Shown here in pieces: positions 59,637 through 64,000 of a stretch of 64,000 nucleotides of DNA (its first letter is position 1; every line of letters begins with the position of its first letter). The stretch covers positions 40,923-104,922 of IMG/VR virus record IMGVR_UViG_2824317532_000001. One strand, written 5' to 3'. A program made the position numbers and the translations under genes. The notes below the pieces were generated by a model. That model saw nothing but the letters and a program-made list of their open reading frames with translations. It did not search any database and was not told where the DNA came from. The DNA is from a virus (lineage: Duplodnaviria > Caudoviricetes).

Positions 59637-62600
59637 ATGACCACCGAGATCCCCGACATCCTCCGCCACGAGCGCATCTTCTGGCAGGGCGTCGACTCCA
59701 CCACGCCGCCCGGGTGCACCCTGATCACCGCCGAAGTCCTTGGCCTTGCCACCACCTACGTCCTCCGTGACGGCAACGTCCTCGGCCGCATCGAAACCCA
59801 CGGCAGCGGGCAGGCCGGCTACGTCGGTGACCGCCTCAAGGGCGGCTACTACCGCGGCGCCGGCGATGCCACCACGCTCGCCCAGCGCATCGTCGACCAC
59901 CGGGAGCCCAGTTCATGAGCGAGTTCATCACCGAGGAGCAGTTCCTCAACCTGGTCGCCGACCGGCTCGCCACCCAACCCAACATCGAATTCGACGGCCA
60001 AACCGACCAGATCACCGGCAACCTCGCCGACATCGCCGTCATCGTGCTGGACGTGCACTCCGAGCACGGGCCCGTTCTGTTCGGTGACTGACTCTCGATG
60101 CGATCTTGAAAGGACCCGCCATGACCCTGCCCGCGATCGGCGCTACCGCCACCATGACCACCAGCCACGGCACCGTCCGCATCCGCATCACCGACCCGAA
60201 CCCGGACCCGCAGCGCCAGCCCACCCATGTCCTCGGAGACATCATCGGCGGCACTGACCAGCGGTTTCGCTACTCCGAACCCGTCCTGCTGCCCCTCAAC
60301 CGGATCATCATCGACCCCACCGAAGTCGAGATTTGGGCGGCTGCCGCCGAAGACTCCGCCGACGTGGCCGCCTGCCACGGTGAGCTCTACCGCTGAAAGG
60401 GAACCAGCCATGACCGACATCCCACCCGCCTGCCCCACCTGCTCCGACGTGGGCTTCGTCGACGACCTGGCCGGTGAGACCGGCACGGCGAACTGCTACG
60501 ACTGCAACCCACTGCCCGAACACAAGGACGCCGTCTACATCGAGATCGACAGCATCCTCACCCCCACCAAGGCCGCGAACCCCGGAATCAGCAACGGGGA
60601 GATCGCCGAACACCTGCCCGAGCATCTACGGCAGCCATTCTGGGCGCGAGCCGTCGAGAACTACCTGACAACAGCGCTCGCCGGCATGCCGCCCACCGAC
60701 GTGACCACCGTCGCCACCATCCTCGACAGCCCGGACGCCAACTGATGGCCCTCCGCGAGCACACCTGCTGGTCGCTGCACTGCGACCGCTGCGACACCGA
60801 CTACTGGGACGACGGAATCCCCCACTTCGACAGCCGACAAGAAGCCCTCGACTACGTCAAGGACTCATGGCTGATCGTCGGCGACACCATGCTGTGCACT
60901 CACTGCGCCGACAAGGCCGGATGCGAAAGCCTCGGCCACCAGGTCGGCGACTGGACCGACAACACCCACGCGACCGGGATCACCTACCGGCATCGGGCCT
61001 GCCACTGCCGCGCCCGCTCGGAGTGGGACCCGCCGTCCGAACACGTCCTCACGCTGATCGACGCGGCCCGTGTGGTTAACGACGCCGACACGAAGGAGTA
61101 GCTGTGACTGCTTCGAACCGCGACGTCCACGCCCGCCTGGCGCGGGTCAAGGACCACCTGCAACGTCACGGGTTCGCGCTCACCGCCGACCAACTCGACC
61201 AGATGGCCGGCGGCGCCAGCCCGAACCTGTTCAAGTCGACCGAGCCCCGGTGCGACCCGGACCAGCGCTGCGAGGCCACCACCACCGTCGACATGCCCCA
61301 CGGTGTCGACGAGCCGTACCAGGTCGACTGCGTCCTCGAGGACGCCCACGACCCACACGCCGACCCGGACGACTACGCGCACACCGATGGTGACGGCACC
61401 TGGTGGAACACCGACGGCGACATCGAATACCGCTGACCCGAAAGGACCCCACTATGGGATCGACGCCCCGCGCGCACCTCGCCTACGGCTATGACCTCGG
61501 CAGCCCGGATGACTTCAAGGCCGCTGAACGCACCGAGGACGGCAGCCCGAACCTGCCCGGACTGGCGCCCTACCCCTCAGTTTGGTCCTTCCTCGAACAC
61601 GTCGACAGGCAATTCCCGGCCGCTGGGGTCGTAGCGCGCACCTCCGGATCCGAAGGCAGCTACGGCCTGGTGCTCATCGTTGATGACTCGCAACGCTCAG
61701 TCGACTGGGACGAAGTTATGACGCTCGACCTCAACGAGATGGACGGACGACCTTCAGTTGCCGACTGGAACACGGACCTTGCCGAGGCTCTGACCGCGCT
61801 CGGCGTCACCCCGTTCCAGGAAGGCCCGTGCTGGCTGGTCTTTCCGTCCTACGGCTGACCCAACATCAACCGCTAAAGGACCAGCCATGACCGCAACCAC
61901 CAACCTCACCGAGATCCGCTGTGACGGGCCGCCTGGACTCCAGGCATGCCCCGACTGGGCAGCCGACAGCAGCACACACGGGGCCGAATCGCTGCGGGCG
62001 CGTCTCGCCGAAGAGGGCTGGGAAGCCATCCACACCGGGGATCTGATCCTCGATCGCTGCTCGCGCTGCGGCAACGGAACCGCCTGACCGAAAGGACCCG
62101 CCATGACCGACGCCCCACACCACACGCTCACCGTCACCCGCGATCCGGACCCCGAGTTCGGGCCCACCGCCGACATCACCTGCCACGGCGTCACCGACAA
62201 CTGCGCCGAATGGACCGAATGCAAGATCGCCGAATGCCCCGGCAACACCGGCCAAGACGACACGCTCTACGACGTCAGCCCCTACGCTCACGGCCAGGAA
62301 CACCGCCGCTTCGACGAACAGGCCGCCGACGACTACTGGGCGGTCCGGACCGGGCATTGCTGGGCCGAAAACCACGGCGACGCGGAAGCTGAGGAGTTTG
62401 CTGAGAAGCAGCAGCTTGGCGCCGGCGAGTACGCGGTCGCTGTCGTCGTCGACGACACCAGCATGACGATCACGTTCGTCGACGAGACGGCCGCCGCATG
62501 AACGCCACGATCACGCCCTACCGGCTGTGGGAGATCGAGCACCCCCACTACTGCGAGACATCCCGCTGGTGCGAGCACCAAGGCAACCCGCGATTCACCT

Positions 62601-62890
62601 CCTGGGCCGACTTCACCGACAGCGCCTTCTACGACGGTGACCGCGACCAGAACCTGCTCATCCGCTGGGACTGGGACACCCACGACGACTACAACAACCC
62701 CGACAGCGGCGAGCAGGTCCACGACCTGCTGCTGTTCTTCGTCCTCCAACGCAAACCGATCTTCACCGCAGCCAAGGTCCGCGTGCAGCCCGCTGGTGCA
62801 CCACCTGGTGCGGCTACCCCAAGCAACTCGCCCGCCTCGGCCGGCTGCTCGAACTCGACCTGCCGTCGGCGTTCGGGGACCGGCCTGTGA
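59637..62890 (+). CDS. Run of small hypothetical genes (59637-59918, 59915-60091, 60121-60396, 60410-60745, 60745-61101, 61104-61436, 61454-61858, 61887-62087, 62103-62501, 62498-62890), many Cys-rich or acidic
   Basis: Strong C-ending codon bias; repeated AAAGGACC(C/A)GCCATG start context. Confidence 0.65.
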
Positions 62891-63144
62891 GCAAGACGTG
62901 GGGCGACCTCAAGCTCGAAGCCGCACTCACCGTCCTCGACGAAGACCGACCGCTCGTCTGGGTCGACGACGAAGAAGCCGCCGCAGCCAGACGGCTGTCC
63001 CCGGCGATCGCGCGGGCCGAACGCCTCGGCCGGGCACTGCTGGTCACGCCCGCATCCGATCGTGGGCTACAGCCCGAACACCTGGACCGCATCGAAGCGT
63101 TCTTGAAGGAACCTGCCACAGACGCTGACCGAAATTTAGGCTAG
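62791..63144 (+). pseudogene. 5'-truncated HAD-family (HAD_SAK_2-like) gene remnant
   Basis: Frame reads RWCTTW...K..AA......RPLVWVDDE...LLV.P....GL..EHL; N-terminal DxDG motif and start are missing. Confidence 0.55.
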
Positions 63145-63418
63145 CCTTCACTCGGCCCGGCGCGCCGGGCACCACGGCACAGTCCTGCGATCATCCCCCG
63201 GCCCAGGCATCGCAGCGTCCGAATATGTACATGAGTGCGGGTGACGTATCGACCGCAACCAACGAACGGGCGCGATCTTCGAGCCGCATGGATCGACACA
63301 CCACAACTGTCCAGATGCGATCAGCCCACACCGGCACACAGCCCGTAACCCTCTGATAGATCATCGGTTACATACGTCAAAGAGTGAGTGAATCGATCCA
63401 AGGGGAGGCACTCACAAC

Positions 63419-64000
63419 ATGTACGAATTCGGGGAAACCACCAGCGATCTCCACGACCTCGGCATCCCCCACCCCACCGAGACCACCCACCAACTCCCCC
63501 ACAGCGAACGCGAACAACAACTCCGCCGCAACGGCGCCCTCTACCGGCGAACCGGCATCACCCTCATCACCGCCGACGCCCTCGCCATCCTCACCCTCAT
63601 GGCACTCCCCGAAAACGCCATCTGGAACAACCCCACCCACCGGCAACTCATCCTCCTCGCCGTCCTATTGACAGGCTTCACCGCCACCGCCCTACTCACC
63701 GTCGGGCTACTCGAACGCCAAGGACGGCAAACCCGCACCCTCATCCGCCGTGCCATGGCCCGCGCCGACACCAACGCCGACCTCGGTGACGCCAACCGGG
63801 CCGCCATTGACGCCAACCGGGCCGCCATCATGGAGAACACCAAACTCGTTGCCGAAGCCATCATCACCCTCACCGGCATTGAGAAGCGGCTCCATGCGCT
63901 CGAAACCGCCGTCGAAGCGGTTCCGGGCTACGCGGACGGGCTTGCCCGAGGCGCCAGGGTGGCGGCCAGCGTTCTCGGCATCGACCCCAAGGAAGACTAG
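63419..64000 (+). CDS. Two-TM coiled-coil hypothetical protein
   Basis: GGAGG upstream; two hydrophobic helices and a coiled coil; stop at window end. Confidence 0.6.
   Translation: MYEFGETTSDLHDLGIPHPTETTHQLPHSEREQQLRRNGALYRRTGITLITADALAILTLMALPENAIWNNPTHRQLILLAVLLTGFTATALLTVGLLERQGRQTRTLIRRAMARADTNADLGDANRAAIDANRAAIMENTKLVAEAIITLTGIEKRLHALETAVEAVPGYADGLARGARVAASVLGIDPKED

Noticed and set aside
1-64000. Integrase, att sites, terminase, capsid
   Set aside because: No recombinase or head genes recognised, so integrated versus plasmid state and element ends cannot be determined from this window

Overview
This window is a high-GC actinomycete temperate siphovirus or prophage, probably from a Micromonosporaceae-type host (inferred). 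Terminase, portal, capsid and integrase are not in the window. Layout: (1) 0.2-21.8 kb holds neck, tail and lysis genes: HK97-gp10-like, tail terminator, major tail, tail chaperone with a GGGGGAA -1 frameshift, tape measure, beta-helix tailspike, minor tails, endolysin and holin. Three free-standing nucleases (LAGLIDADG, GIY-YIG, HNH) interrupt this block. (2) 22-23.8 kb is an acr/aca2-like operon with its own palindromic operator. (3) 23.8-32.2 kb is a Streptomyces-plasmid/AICE-type conjugation-like module (TraB/FtsK translocase, Spd-like membrane proteins, membrane-anchored GIY-YIG). (4) 32.3-35 kb carries an HTH gene, a DnaB-N/AAA_25 helicase and an AGTGTGCGG repeat cluster. (5) 35-39.7 kb is a defence/TA island (Panacea-like pair, AbiEii pair, Mpr-like DUF4352, XRE-DUF5753 triad). 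(6) 40-49.5 kb holds dense small early genes. (7) 49.6-53.6 kb carries an HNH-SF2 helicase triad and a LexA-boxed orphan imuA'. (8) 57.2-59.6 kb has a GntR/Cro-like switch with repeated operators and a lambda-O-like initiator with internal iterons, followed by small genes. The most notable signal is a tailed phage apparently carrying TraB-type conjugation machinery and two replication systems. All family calls come from motif recognition by eye; no database searches were run.
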